The notes beneath the pieces were generated by a model. The model had not been told where the DNA came from, ran no database searches, and was given only the letters and a program-made list of their open reading frames with translations. From Trichosphaerium sp. ATCC 40318 (taxonomy: Eukaryota > Protista > Tubulinea), in the NCBI GenBank assembly GCA_038496445.1, contig JALMLS010000035.1:1-64000 (forward strand): a stretch of 64,000 bases of DNA, given 5' to 3'. Shown in pieces: positions 36,840-48,429 of the stretch; positions within the stretch are counted from its first letter, which is position 1; each line of letters opens with the position of its first letter. Both the position numbers and the translations under genes were made by a program.

Positions 36840-39800
36840 TCATGTTGTGGAAATGACATCTTGCCATGTCATATCAATACATCTACGAAAGTAGAATGGA
36901 TGCTTTGGTCGTCCATGTCTGTTAAAACCTTCGTGTTTTATAGTCAACACCATACCGTAAGACGGAGGATGAGATTTATCATGGCTGCTACACCGAACAA
37001 ATACTTCATCTCCGTTAGGCCTAAACAACACAAAATTGATAAGAAAAAAAATCACGTGAGTTGCTTCAAAAAACCAGAGGAGTTTGACTGTATTTTCTAT
37101 GATAGATATCTTTCTGAAAAGTGTTGCTATTTATGTAATGACAACGTACAGTTGACACAGTAGAAACTGCGCATTATCATGTGGTCGTATCATCATGACT
37201 TCAGAATCATAGTAAGGCTGTAACGAAATAAAAAAGTTATTCAGGGCTAACAAATACAGTATGAAGTACCTTGAGTTTAACGTTTGATTTATTCCTTCCA
37301 CTCTCATATAATCCATTAGGATCTCTTATCACTAACCCTTCACCTGTATAAAAGGTTATAAATGAGTAAATCGTCAATTAGAACAACTGAAAAAAAACAA
37401 CAAGTAAGAGAATTTTACACTTCCGGCTAGGACTTTGGGTGGTGATAGGTACAAAGTATACAACAAGGCCGTGATAGCTCAGCTGGTAGAGCGTTAGACT
37501 GAAGATCTAACGGTCGCGTGATCAAGCTAGGCACATTGTCTCTTGAAATAACACATAAAGCTTGCAAGAGCAACAGTTTGTGTGGGTTGCCTGACATGAT
37601 CAACGCTCTACCAGCAAAAAATATTGAAAAAATTGGCTTTGTACCTCCACGTTTAATGACTTCATCAAGAATGTGCATCAAGTTACTGTGGCTCTTACAA
37701 TGATCTTGTTTTACATAATGAACCCAAGGAACATTCATTTCTTCAATTTTTTGTCGTACTATCTTTGTACGTTCTACGCCAAGTTAGCAAAAAAGAGAAG
37801 AAGTATTTGTACCATTGAGAGTAGTGTTTGGGATTGGAGAATCAAAGACTTTGAATATCACTTCTAAAGCAAACTGTAAGTACTACTACCTAAAATAGGG
37901 GATTAAGTTGTGTACCATCCCAAACAGGATTCTGTTTCATCACACCAAGAAGTCTGTCACGTGAATTGTAACCAAGCCTTAAAAAATATATAAACCCACA
38001 TAAAAAACCTATGCACACTATTTTGCTACGTACCATAATTCACCATCTAAACAGAACCCCTTGGGTAACTCACTCTTTTTTGATTGAGAAGCAGGTAGTA
38101 GCTTACCAGACTTGGTATACAAGTCTGAACCATCCCAGAACATTCGAATACCATCAAACTTTTCTGAAATTAACCTACACTTCATGTTATATCTATCTAC
38201 ACTAAGGACGGACAAATTCCAACATACCATCCAGTATAATCTGTTTTTTCATCATAAGTTGTGAGCTTCATAAGTTGTTTATCACTAGCAGAACCTTGTT
38301 GAAACGAAAGTAAGCAACTATTCCGAGCCAGAAAAAAAAAGACAAGGTTATCATCCTTGTTTCTATTCTTTCCTCATAACTTACGTTTCTTTTTAATACT
38401 ATCTGGTTCTGATCCAGGTAAGAGGGGTTTTGTTTGTGATTTAATATTAACAGATGTAGCCCCAGGTCTACAAGACGTTATTTTAGGAACTTACTTATTA
38501 GTTTTTTCCTATTTACCTATGATACTCAATTGTTGCAGCAAGAGTTTCAGCGTCTCCTTTCCACCTTAGAAAACCCATTAAAAGCCAGAGCTACAATACT
38601 CGTTTTACGTACCAATATGGTATAGGTATAATGGTAATACCTTGACAAGTGAGTCAGTAAACTCAACAGCTAAAAAAAAGTTCTTAAAAACAAACCTTGC
38701 TCCAAGCATTTTTCCAGTTTCTCAGCATCTCTTCGTTCTCTTATTATTGAAGGTCCAAATTTTTCAGGCAAATCAAAGTAATGTTGTACACCTTGATATT
38801 CAAGAGCAATCTGCAAATCAGGAATAAAAATATCAAGCGAAATACCACCAACTGTCTCATCACGTTTTAATCCAAAGTCATATTCTTCAATAATGTCATA
38901 GCTAGGCAATACTTGCCTCGTCCGATAAAAGAGCCACTTTTGATTAGATCTCTACAAGACAAAGAAAGTAAGATATCAAAATGACAATGTTCAAAAGCCA
39001 TCGCTTGGAGGGTCTCTAGGTGACTTACTTTATCAATATTGGAGAACGCTTTGAAATTCCAGTTAAACTCAGGGTCATATGCACGAATAATCTTTGGCCA
39101 GTACTTTAACATACCACCACCTCCGAGTCCAACAAGTTGTTCTCTTGAAACTCTATACCTGATAAAATTTAAGATAAGGTTAGGCAGTTAGTAACTGACG
39201 AATAACAAAGGCGTACCACTCTTCAGGTTTAGTTATTTTTAATGTCTTAGCGACATCATCAAAATATCTCTTTGTATTCACTTTTGACGCCCAAAAACCA
39301 ACTTCCCTTGACGTTGATTTCTTTATTTTTGTGCGTTTCTTAAATTTAAATCTAATCGTAGTATCTACTGGTATTCTAATAGTTGTAAGCTTACGCATCA
39401 AAAAAATATTATGGTACATTTGTTTAACTGTTCTCCAACTATCATTGGGATATACAAACTCAAGCACACGCCGCCAAGAACCAAATCTAAAGCTAAGGTA
39501 AACCAAAAAACAATTACAAGGCACTACTTTGAAACAACCCCACCGGCACCAAATTCGGTTGCATCATGTGTAGACATTGAAGCGAGATCACTACGGGATT
39601 TGAGTTCTACCTCGGATGCAATCCATTCAACTAAATTAAGAACATTCGAAGAATCATCCCAAAAGTGCATTGGAACACACCTAATAACAAACGTTAAGAT
39701 CCTATCACGTGACAATCTTGAAAACGTTACGTGCTTAAATCTATACAATTCCCACGGATACTTATAGATTTCACTCAAAGCAGCAGTGACTGAGTTTCCA

Positions 39801-40864
39801 AACCTAAAACAAATCGGTTTAAGCACATTCACTACAAACTCATGACTACCTTGCTAGTATGCTTCCTCCCGGTGCTCCTTTGAATATATCTGAGGTCACG
39901 TAATACCAATCATCACAAATCTTAATATCTAGGTGTTCAGCTATAATACTAAACAGGCGTTTTTGGTTCTTTTCGTTTACAAAGTCATGCGGCAACAAAC
40001 TAACATTAACAATGTGAGTAGTTTCTGAAGGATTAGTATTGAAGTGAGTACCCAAAACGTTCTGGCAACCATTCGTAGTATGGATAAATACTCTTCAGCG
40101 CTCTGGAGACGGAGTCTCCATACCTTATAGTCACTTTCAATAAATGCATGTTTTTTACTCATTTTACCTATCAAGAATACCCGAGCCTTGTACTGATATA
40201 ATATCATCCCTACTTACAACATACCAATCAGCTATTACCTTTACGTCTAACTTCTCTCCCATATCATTGAATTTTAAGCGTTGGTTTCCCATATCATTCC
40301 AACATCCAATTGGTACATGTCTAAACGTGTCAAAAAGACAATCGTAACTTCAAAAATGACCTAATTACGTACTTGAAGCGCCACACATCCCATGTATAAT
40401 CAGGGAACACGGAAGCAACAATCCGATATACAGAATGTGCATACCTTTAACAAGTCAACAACACGTGAAATTACAGTTATAAAAGGCACTTACTTGTTTG
40501 CTAGGTACGCACCATGGCCATATTTAGCCAATTCCTTTGGTGAAACATTGTACCAGTCACTGAGAAGCATACAGTGCGTTATTTGAGCGATGTCGTTCAT
40601 CCATTTTTGCTGTACTGTTAGTACATCGCGCGTGGCTTGTCTCGGCGGAGCAGTCGCTCTTTTGACGCCGTTTATGGTATTCGCATACGCAGAAACGGCG
40701 TACGAGCGAAACTTGGTTGTGCGGACACCAATACGCTCTTTTTTAGTAGCGCACTTATATTTACATGTCGCTATACGATTGTTGGTGTTTTTTCATATAA
40801 TATTTCGTACGGGTTTGTTTTATTGCTACACGCAATGCCATACAATGCTATACGCAGCTGACAT
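36840..40864 (-). CDS. Fusion of helical repeats, a PD-(D/E)xK nuclease and an ATP-dependent DNA ligase
   Basis: Repeats W..[N].R..F..A..L....DWY; nuclease LDIFIPDLQIALEYQGVQHY...RDAEK; ligase SEKFDGIR, LDGELW, KVFD, GEGLVIR, KLK and OB-fold TIKHEG...PKHPFY. The nuclease-ligase junction splices in frame. Start approximate. Confidence 0.8.
37468..37527 (+). pseudogene. 3'-truncated tRNA-Phe(GAA) copy in an intron of the ligase gene
   Basis: Matches 46138-46197 at all but one position and stops right after the T-loop. Confidence 0.9.
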
Positions 40865-40932
40865 TCCTGTCACAGCTTAAACGGCTTATGTAATGTTGTG
40901 GCTTATCAACGTACTAAAAAGTAGCACCAACA

Positions 40933-42302
40933 ATGGATTTTAAAGCATTTACTGAACAAACATACTCGTCCCAAGCAAAAGGCACCCGTTGTATTACATT
41001 TGTGGCCTAACTTCTTAAATAGCGTTTCTAAACGCATACTGGGAAGAACTTGAAGGTACGTAGCGTGTTTTCGTTTGGTACACTTTTGCAGTTTTTGTAC
41101 CGACTTTTATTTATTGTAACCGTGCCAATAACACCACACAGGCGAAGCAGAAAACATATGGGTTTGGGCAGAGAAGTTCGCTTCACTTGACGACGAGAAT
41201 GGAAAAGAAGGCAACGACCTCGACGAATTCAACAGCCACAGATTCTTGGAAGGCTTAGGAGAGACTAAAACAGTGAAACAAATGCGTGCAGAACTTAAAG
41301 AGGCAGACAAAGATTTCAACAACAGGTACTAGGTTCCCCACGCGTAGTGAACTGTTGACAATGCAATAGGCTTGCTCTACTTGAGTATTGTTTGTACAAG
41401 TTTAAAAAAAGCGTAGCTGAGTTCCTAAAGCGTCCACAGGTGCGCTACATATTCTATTTCTACTAAGGATGCGTTATGGCATTTATTAGACGCCTGTGAG
41501 TACCTTCTAAAATGGTCTTTAGGGAAGCAACGCTGAAGAAATTGCAAAATGCCAAAAGCAATTAGATGAAGTGCAAACTGCCCTACAGAGCTCTCAAGAG
41601 AAAGCTGAAGCTGCTAAGGTACTAACGCTTTCGAAAAAGCTCCAAACTGACTTGTTTTTTCAGAAAAAAGAGAGCGAATCAAAAGCTAGCGCTAAGGCCG
41701 CTGCTCAAGCCGAAGCTGATCTCAAAGTAGCTCTTGATGAATTAAAGCAGCAAGAAGAATCTTATGCCAACAAAACAAAAGAGCTTGAGCGTAAATCTGA
41801 AGAAGGAGGTACCTAAACTTGACATTGTTTTTTTTTTGCTTCATTGAAGAAACCAACCTTTTTGGTAGGTATTGTATCTCGCAACAGAGCCAAGAATGAA
41901 CTCGCACAACACTTGGCTGAAGATCCTTTGCCATTGAGACAAGCTAAACTAACGTACAACCCAACATTCTTTGCTTTGGTTTAACATCGTACACAGAACT
42001 GAAGCTGCAACACGTAAGGCTGAAAAAGCACGTACCGCTGCTGAAAAAGCAGCTGAGGAAGCAGAACAAGCCAGCAAAGCCGCTGACGATGCAGTTGACG
42101 CCGTACTTGCAAAGGTCAAAGAAGCCGAGGTAACAAACACCATCATACTATTTTGCGGATTATTTACCTCGACTAGGACGCTCTACAAGCTGCCAAAATG
42201 ATGATTGGAACAGGCCAGGGTAACGTCTGGTGGATTGAGCGCGAACTGTATGAAGCAAAGAAATATTTGCCTGTAAAGAGAGGTGGTATCGCACCAAAGT
42301 AA
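40933..42302 (+). CDS. ABP34-like calcium-regulated actin-bundling / TolA-like coiled-coil protein
   Basis: AFLNAYWEELE...EGNDLDEFNSHRFLE...ELKEADKDFNNRLALLEY; Ala/Glu/Lys coiled coil; EDPLPLRQAK; VWWIERELYEAKKYLP. Confidence 0.75.
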
Positions 42303-42678
42303 AATAGCATGCACGTAGTGCATTTTAACGTAAAAAAAAACTTTCAGAAAGAAAAGCGAAATAAAAGCAGTACTTGTTTTAGCGTCGAATATTCGAAACT
42401 ATGACTTGTCGCTGGTACCAGAACTCTTTTTATAAGGATGCTACTTCCATTAACGCTTATATAACCTCACTAGCTGGTTGTGCTCATGGCGTTGTAGATG
42501 CTGTACTGTTTTAGGTCACCTTACATACTCCTCAACCCAAGTGCAATAGACGACATTATTAACCACCGTGCGATACTCCGGAACCTGTAAAAACATACCG
42601 TTGTGCATTGCGAGCATACACGAAATCGCTTTTAGGCTAACGGAAAGTGATGAATAGTTCAGTCAAGAAATATTCAAC

Positions 42679-44078
42679 ATGGCAACAGCTGTACAATCTA
42701 GAGTGCGCATTCACAGTCCTATCCACAACCTATCATACATGAACTCGGTGTTTGATCGGCAAGCCGTACTACGTGCTATACAAGACGCAAGGCGTCGTAA
42801 AACGGATTCCCTCAACCTAAACTCCAAGGCAATCGAGTCATTGAGCGAGTTTGAAGAAATAAAGGATCTTACTCAATTACGCTCCCTATACGTAAGCTTT
42901 ACCGCATGAGCGTTGCCTTGCGTTAACAATACGTCCTATCTTACATTTTTAGCTCCTATGCAATAAAATATCGCTTATACCGCCTGTACTATGCCAATTG
43001 AACTCGTTAACAGTATTAGACCTCTCTTCTAATCAGGTAAGCTTTATTTATTTCAGGTTATTCAACAAATTCCTTTTTTTGACACTTGACACTTTAGATA
43101 TCTGAGATCCCTTCCGATATTAGCCTGTACGTGTATATTTTAAAACAAAATTAAAAATGGACATTTTTCTTATAATGATATCTTTAGACTGCAAAATTTG
43201 TCTGAGCTCTACCTCTTGAATAATAAACTTTCGAGCCTTCCTGATTCTTTAGCTGATTTAAAAAAATTACGTGCACTTGGTTTAAGTGGAAACAATTTTT
43301 CTAGCCTCCCACCTGTGTGTACGTTATCGATGAAATTCCTTTTTTTTTGGATTTGTATTTTTTGTACGCTTCGACAATGACTTATTTCTGCGTTAGTGCT
43401 TAAACTGTCTCAACTGGAAATACTATGGATGAATTACAATAGATTAGAAGAAATACCAGACGAGCTTTTTGATGCGTTACCCAAACTATCCAAGCTTAGT
43501 TTAGGATATAACAAAATACGCAAAATCAGTCACAAAGTCAAAAACTTACAAAATCTCAAATCCCTCATGATTCGCCGTAATCGTCTCAAATATATACCTG
43601 TAGAAGTCCTCTCAATCGAGGGAAAAACTGAGTGTGACTCAAACCCTTTTTTCTCTTTATCTAAAGGTACATTACGCAAACATTTGTTTCGTTTCTTATA
43701 TTTTTTTTCTCAGATGATACAGAACAAAACAGCTCCGGTTTAACATGGGAAGATCGTGGAGGTGTACCTATGGTTTCTACACTAAAAGAACTCTGTTACC
43801 GAGCTATAGGAACAAAAAATATTCCAATGTCCAAAGACGTCCCAAAAGAATTAAGCGACTATCTTTCAAGGTCTCAACGATGTTCTTGTTGTAACGGTCT
43901 TATGTGGCGTACCAACTATAACGCCATTACGTTTAACAAATCTGATTTTATTGATGTCACACAAGTACCTTCGTTGCATAGGCTATGCTCTAATAAGTGC
44001 TTACAACGCATAATTAAAGAACAAGACGAAGTGTATCCGATAGAATACTTTAAAAAGAAAAAAGACAATGTACAGTAG
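42679..44078 (+). CDS. Leucine-rich repeat protein with a C-terminal BC-box-like motif and Cys motif (LRRC58-like)
   Basis: Canonical LRRs (LYLLNNKLSSLP, LSLGYNKIRKI); STLKELCYRAI...ELSDYL; CSCC...LCSNKC. Confidence 0.75.
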
Positions 44079-44468
44079 AAAAAAAAAAGAAAGAAAAAAA
44101 ACCAACACGTGTTGCTTTTTTTCAATAAAAGTGTAATTATTAATAGAAAACACGGCGTGGTTTCATTTTGCTTGATCTTCTTGGATGCGTATTCAACGCC
44201 ATAACAATCGTTTTGATGTGTTAGTAGTTTATTGAAATGCCTCATTGTTTTGACACTATGCTACTGATGGCGCTCAAATTCTAGTACACATGGGTGTAAA
44301 TCTAGAACAAAGAACCATTATTATTGCGCTACTGGATAGTCAATGTGAATGTTTAAGGCGTGTATTTGATACATTAAGTTCAAACCGGCGAATACTTCGG
44401 CCGGAAAGTCAATTTTTTCTTGTGCACATACTACAACACAACTCTTTACACGCACTATTGATCGCAAC

Positions 44469-45137
44469 ATGAACGTTTTTATTACTGGAAGCACTGGAAT
44501 GATTGGCAATCTCATTTTAAACAAATGTTTAGCCAGGGAAGACGTTAAATCAGTTACAACGTTTAACAGACGCCAAACAGACCTAAAACACGAGAAACTA
44601 ACCGAAGTTGTTCACACAGACTTCGAAGATTATTCTGAGGTACAAGAACACCTAAAAGACATCGACACATGCTTCTACTGTATCGGAGTATACACAGGAC
44701 AAGTACCTAGGGATCAGTTCAGAAGAATAACTGTAGACTACACGAAACACTTTAGCGAAGCGTTAAGAGCCAACAGCGAAAACGCAACGTTCTGTTTCCT
44801 TAGTGGCTCTGGTGCTGATACGACAGAGAAGAGTTCTATGGCATTCGCTAAGGATAAAGGCATAGCCGAAAACGCGCTGCTCAAACTTGACTTCAAAAAG
44901 ATGTATTCGTTCCGTCCAGGATACATCTACCCTGTTGTGCCAAGAAAGGAACCGAACGTGACATACAAGATAATGAGGGCTATGTACAAGCCAGTATCTT
45001 GTGTACTGCCTAACATGGGGATAACGTCTGAGCAACTCGCAGACGCAATGATAAAAGTTGGATTCGGCGAAGCTGATGAACATGATCCAATCTACGAAAA
45101 CAAAGACATTCGCAGTTTGGTCGTTGGAAAGAAATAA
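44469..45137 (+). CDS. Intronless atypical SDR / NAD(P)-binding protein (HTATIP2/TIP30-like)
   Basis: VFITGSTGMIG Rossmann motif; CFYCIG; FCFLSGSGAD; AKDKGIAENAL; FRPGYI. Confidence 0.9.
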   Translation: MNVFITGSTGMIGNLILNKCLAREDVKSVTTFNRRQTDLKHEKLTEVVHTDFEDYSEVQEHLKDIDTCFYCIGVYTGQVPRDQFRRITVDYTKHFSEALRANSENATFCFLSGSGADTTEKSSMAFAKDKGIAENALLKLDFKKMYSFRPGYIYPVVPRKEPNVTYKIMRAMYKPVSCVLPNMGITSEQLADAMIKVGFGEADEHDPIYENKDIRSLVVGKK

Positions 45138-45661
45138 TAAAAGCGATATTCATTTTGATGTTGAATTTCTGTTGACTTTGCTTGTGCAGTAAAATCCGTT
45201 AGTCAAATCACAGTTACAATAGGTCTTGAATTCTTGGCTGCTTACACGCCTGTTTACGCGATATTAATGAACAACGTACGGTTTAGATGTAAAATACATC
45301 TTCGCGAGCGCGTTAGCAGCCAATACATCAGACTACACCTCTACAACGTAATAAACACTCCTAAAAGTACGAGAGCGCAAAATCAATCAGGTAGCAACTG
45401 TTTTACGAAAAAACGGTTGGAACACAACTTTTATTGATTTGCCGGTAAGCCGACGCGCGTCTGTTTGCTATTCCGTACGTTCGAGCAGTTTAGAGTTAGC
45501 GACTTAGGAAATGTATTCACTCAAATTTCAATCATAAACATAACTCTGAAAAAAGCGCCACAATGCGTTCATTTAGGTTACATATCTTATAGGTAAGGTT
45601 GCATAGATTTTGATGTAACTGACCCAATTCAGCAAAATTATGACAAGAAATGTCCTTTTTT

Positions 45662-45737
45662 AGTAAGAGAATTTTACACTTCCGGCTAGGACTTTGGGTG
45701 GTGATAGGTACAAAGTATACAACAAGGCCGTGATAGC
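45662..45737 (+). repeat. 76-bp exact repeat of 37403-37478 (tRNA upstream flank plus the first 11 nt of the tRNA)
   Basis: agtaagagaattttacacttccggctaggactttgggtggtgataggtacaaagtatacaacaaggccgtgatagc is present at both loci. Confidence 0.95.
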
Positions 45738-46096
45738 ATTTCTGAGGTTGGTCGTAAAGTGTAGTGTATATTTTAGTTTAGTTTATATTGCGAGTTCAAG
45801 TACTGCCAAGTGCATGTTATTTTTTTTTATTTTTTATTATTCATAATTGATTGATTAGTTTTCATAAGCAAGAGCCGTGATAACACTACAAAGAAGGTTC
45901 AATCCCGTGTCAGTTATTATGTGATAAATTTTTTTTTTTTTTTTCACAGGTGCTGGATCAGCTCAAAATCAAATTTCTGAGGTTGGTCATAAAGTTTAGT
46001 GTACAATATAGTTAAGTTTATGTTGCGAGTTCAAATACTGTAGGGTGCAAGTTATTTTTTTATTTAACGGTTTATGATTGATTAGTTGTTCACAAA
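45738..46096 (+). repeat. Two diverged ~125-bp direct repeats (45738-45868, 45973-46096), each upstream of a tRNA 5' end
   Basis: atttctgaggttggtc(g/a)taaagt...ttgcgagttcaa(g/a)tactg...gattgattagtt occurs twice. Confidence 0.85.
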
Positions 46097-46137
46097 TTAT
46101 GCGGAATCTTTTTGATAACTTTTGGTACTATAATAAG

Positions 46138-46210
46138 GCCGCGATAGCTCAGCTGGTAGAGCGTTAGACTGAAGATCTAACGGTCGCGTGATCAAGCCAC
46201 GCTCGCGGCA
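46138..46210 (+). tRNA. trnF: tRNA-Phe(GAA)
   Basis: Full cloverleaf: GCCGCGA/TCGCGGC acceptor stem, GCTC/GAGC D-stem, TTAGA-CTGAAGA-TCTAA anticodon arm, GCGTG-ATCAAGC-CACGC T-arm. A T5 Pol III terminator follows at 46218-46222. Confidence 0.9.
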
Positions 46211-46211
46211 C

Positions 46212-46325
46212 TTGACCTTTTTGCGCATTTTTCTTTCGGAAAATACAATTTTTGTATTTTTCTTTCGGAAAATACAATTTTTGACCACTTTGCGCGCTTT
46301 TCTTTCGGAAAACACCAACTTTGAA
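46212..46325 (+). repeat. Short tandem repeats directly downstream of the tRNA
   Basis: tttctttcggaaaa(t/c)ac(a/c)a occurs three times. Confidence 0.85.
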
Positions 46326-46600
46326 TACCGTGAAGTATCATTTGGTAGAGCGTTAATATTTGTCATATGACGTCTTTGCTAGCATAAAGATCTAATGTTG
46401 TCTATCTGTCAGCTCAGTTATTTCACATTTGTTTGTATGTCAGTACTCTTGTATTACTTTTGGCTGCTTGAGTTACCGTGCTTAATAAAATTAACTACGT
46501 TTAGTTTGTTTGTTGTGAAGTATTGCAATTCGTTTCATTTACATATTTTTTACAGTAATCGTAATGTTAGCTTGACGTCTCCAGTTGCTCAGTATTTCAA

Positions 46601-48306
46601 TTATTGCTTTCGCTCTTGCTGTTTTTGACTTATCATCGCTCGCATTATGTCTGTTAAGGATATTATACCAACAGGTTTATCATCTTGAATAACCCACAAT
46701 CTAAATCGTAATTCGAATAAGTTTCTGCTTTAAACATTTCTATCCTTTGTAAACGCACCTGTGTACTCGCAACGAAAGTATACGGAGAAGTATAAAGTAT
46801 AACGCAGAGTCAGAAGTACATGTGCCCTCCTTGAAATGGGACTAAAGCATAAATAAGTAATACGTTTGCTTTGATGTCAATACCATTCCGCCTTGACACA
46901 AAAAGTCGTATACTGGTAGAAGAAGAGCACCAAATGGATTAGCGCCTATTTAAACATTTGTATTGAATAGAAAAGATGTACTAACCTTCATCTTCATCAG
47001 TAGTCACAGCACCCTTAATGCAAATGAGTTATTGTTGTAAACAGTAAACAAAATAAAAGTTTATACCTTAAGATCACTTGCTGATAGATTACCAACTAGT
47101 TTACCCTCATCGTCAACAACTATGTTTAAAATTAGAATTCACCTAATAGCGTATATTACAAACCTGCGAATGCGGATCTCTTCTGCTCATACAATTTCTT
47201 GAAAGCGTGAATAGCCTAGCAAAAAGTTTTAGCATTTTCTGGTACATTCCATCATTGTAGCGCACTTGTTCGTCCTTGTGCACTGTCTGAGGTTTTATTG
47301 TACCAATTACTAGCTCTCTTGCAGTCTTTGTAAAGATGTCTGAGAACTGGCCAACCTTTGTAACAAGGAATCGAATTATATCTGTCTGCGAAACTATATT
47401 AATGATACCACCTTTTTCATCTATAACAGCGACCCTTCCAACGCCAGTTAGCTAGAAATTACGTACAACACCATCTCAAAGGTTTGTAAAAATGGTTTTC
47501 GCATGATATCTTAGAAAAACACGTGTACGTACCTGTGAATACCTCTTTGAAAGATACTAATTGTTTCAAAAATAGGCGATGATTTTCTAACCTCACAAAC
47601 AGGATTTTTATGAGATGCGTCTATAAAAGCGAACAAGTGAGCGCTCATGAAAGAAGACACGGAGATCAAAAAACAATTTGGTACCTATCAAGCATTTTAT
47701 AGATTCGTCTCCAAACTTTCTGCGTGTGAGTTAGTTACAAGCACGTGTACACTCGATCAGGTGTTTGTTAAACACAATAAAACACAATTTGTACCTGTAA
47801 AGTGCGTAAAGCGTGTCATTTGATATCTCTGCCGCATTGTCTCCTTTAAAGTACATGTCTACAACAAAGTATACGATGTCAAGCATGTCAACAAACCCAA
47901 GAAACTTGTGTGACTACAAAAATACAACTTGTAAGTTCAGCGGTTGACATGTGTTGTTCGCGAATAATGCGTACGGAAACGTCAACTACTGGGATAGAGA
48001 GTATTTTAAAGCTGCTGAGAGCTTTTAGCGCATCAAGTACTGAGGCTGTATCTACCAGTACGTTGACTTTGCGTTTAGGTAGTACGTGCTCAAGCTTAGT
48101 GTCTTGTAGAAACTTTACAAACGGATTTTCCTAAAAGCGGTTAATTCCAGCTTGTGTTAGCGAAATTAAACGCCCACCTGTGGTACACCACCTTTGCCAG
48201 CCCTAATTATGTATTAATTACATAACATAAGTTTAACGGCGTATCCGCACCTCGAATACCCTGGTGCTCCGCCTCTACGTCTTTTTCTAGGAGGCTCTTG
48301 TGTCAT
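46601..48306 (-). CDS. Four-CBS-domain protein (AMPK-gamma/Sds23-like)
   Basis: KILSIPVV...FLGFVDMLDIV; GRVAVIDEKGGIINIVSQTDII; GKLVGNLSASDL; WVIQDDKPVGIISLTDIM. Confidence 0.85.
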
Positions 48307-48429
48307 TGCGCCGTTTGGTAAGTTTAGATGCTAAAAAAACAACAAAACCGGTCAAAGTTGGTTCGGGTGCTACTGCCAACCAAATTCTACTGATAGGAGC
48401 ATGGTATAGGCTGCAGTATATAATTTGCA

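Noticed and set aside
46097-46366. ORFs 46097..46366 and 37427..37738 share the peptide LITRPLDLQSNALPAELSRP
   Set aside because: This is the antisense translation of the tRNA-Phe sequence, not a protein motif.
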